A DNA stretch of 64,000 nt from Octopus vulgaris (lineage: Eukaryota), in contig OX597834.1 in NCBI GenBank assembly GCA_951406725.2, forward strand, positions 41,230,001-41,294,000, in the 5' to 3' direction. A program made the translations under genes and the position numbers. Shown here in pieces: positions 63,043-64,000 of the stretch; position 1 is the stretch's first letter; the number at the start of each line of letters is the position of its first letter. The notes below the pieces were generated by a model. It had not been told where the DNA came from. It was given only the letters and a program-made list of their open reading frames with translations, and searched no databases.

Positions 63043-63350
63043 ACACGATCCCTATTGATCGTTTTTTTTCCCTCTTCCCCCTTTTTCCCCCTTTTTCCTT
63101 CTTTTTTCATTTCTCTTTTCTTTTGTTCCTTTTCCTTTTCTTTTTTTTAAAATTTTATTTATTTATTTTTTATTTTATTTTATTTTTTTTTGTTCTTTTC
63201 TTCCCTTTTACGATCCCTCTTGATCGAAAACCTACGCCACCCCTTTTTTTTTGTTTCTTTGGTTTTTTGTTTTTTTCATCCCCCAAAAGAGAAGCTCTAC
63301 CTAGTAACTTGTCCCATCTGTGTGCAGCCCTGTGTGGCCAATAAAGAAAT
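63043..63350 (+). mobile_element. T-rich 3'UTR/tail of a non-LTR retroelement whose last ~43 nt resemble the SINE B tail
   Basis: Repeated ACGATCCCT(A/C)TTGATCG. Ends CTTGTCCCATCTGTGTGCAGCCCTGTGTGGCCAATAAAGAAAT. Confidence 0.6.
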
Positions 63351-63379
63351 CTATCTACCTATCTAATGTGCTTAATTGA

Positions 63380-63662
63380 AACTTTACAAACTGTTACTCA
63401 GAGTTTCAAGTACCGATCATCAGTCAACCGGGTTATATTAAAACTATTTCATGATTTATAAAATCTTTACAAACGGCCTTGCCACAGTTATTTAATAATT
63501 TATCAAATAAACACTTAAAGCTTTAAAGGTTTATTCCATAAATTACTAAACAATTGTGACAATAGTTTATGTAAATATTTACAAACCTTCATTTTGTTAG
63601 AAAAACCACGGCTGACCGCTGATCTGTTAGTTGAAATTCTAAGGAACAGTTTGTGGAGATTT
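63380..63662. repeat. Degenerate ~280-bp palindrome with hammerhead-like (family H2) motifs at both ends
   Basis: Centre AATAAACACTTAAAGCTTTAAAGGTTTATT. The minus strand at 63391-63423 reads CUGAUGA..GAAACUCUGAGUAACAG. A decayed mirror copy lies at about 63610-63655. Confidence 0.7.
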
Positions 63663-63739
63663 TCCAGCGTTAATAAAACACGACGTGTGTGTATACATAT
63701 AAGCATATATGCATCCATCCATCAATCCATCTCCTCCAC

Positions 63740-63776
<37 letters not shown>

Positions 63777-64000
63777 TATATCTATGTATTTATATAATCA
63801 TGTATACGTTCATGTATGCATATATATATGTGTGTATATATATAATAATAATTTGAGGGAATATTATTCCAAACTTACAGGGAAAAATTCAATTTAGAAA
63901 TACTAAATCAAATTTCACAAAATATATTATATATATAAAAATTAGAAAAAAAAACCTTTTATCAATTCAAAATGAAAAATTAAATTACACCATCTAGAAA

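Overview
This is eukaryotic, microsatellite-saturated DNA. The tRNA-derived SINE families and repeat density point to an octopus (coleoid cephalopod) genome; that assignment is inference. Nearly all ORFs in the supplied track are translations of simple repeats. Real coding signal is sparse. (1) At 1-6 kb lies the 3' end of an unidentified + strand gene, with exons at 1077-1182, 2918-3047 and 4048-4163. It also appears to have an alternative terminal exon at 5776-5850 ending in a CaaX prenylation box (CIMS*). Inverted SINE arrays bracket the exons that would be skipped to use it. (2) A convergent - strand gene is suggested by a proline-rich terminal exon (10086-10246), with weaker candidate upstream exons including an 18-nt microexon. 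The remainder is transposon debris. It includes four to five SINE families (one forming 184-bp tandem arrays), CR1, RTE and R4/Dong-type LINE fragments, and Tc1, mariner, maT (DD37D), Chapaev3, hAT and piggyBac elements or MITEs, several nested with clean TSDs. The most striking non-coding signal is at least three families of small (TA)n-embedded elements carrying Penelope-type minimal hammerhead ribozyme motifs. One has an intact core inside a 65-bp inverted repeat (46962-47190). Coordinates were read by eye, and repeat boundaries are approximate.
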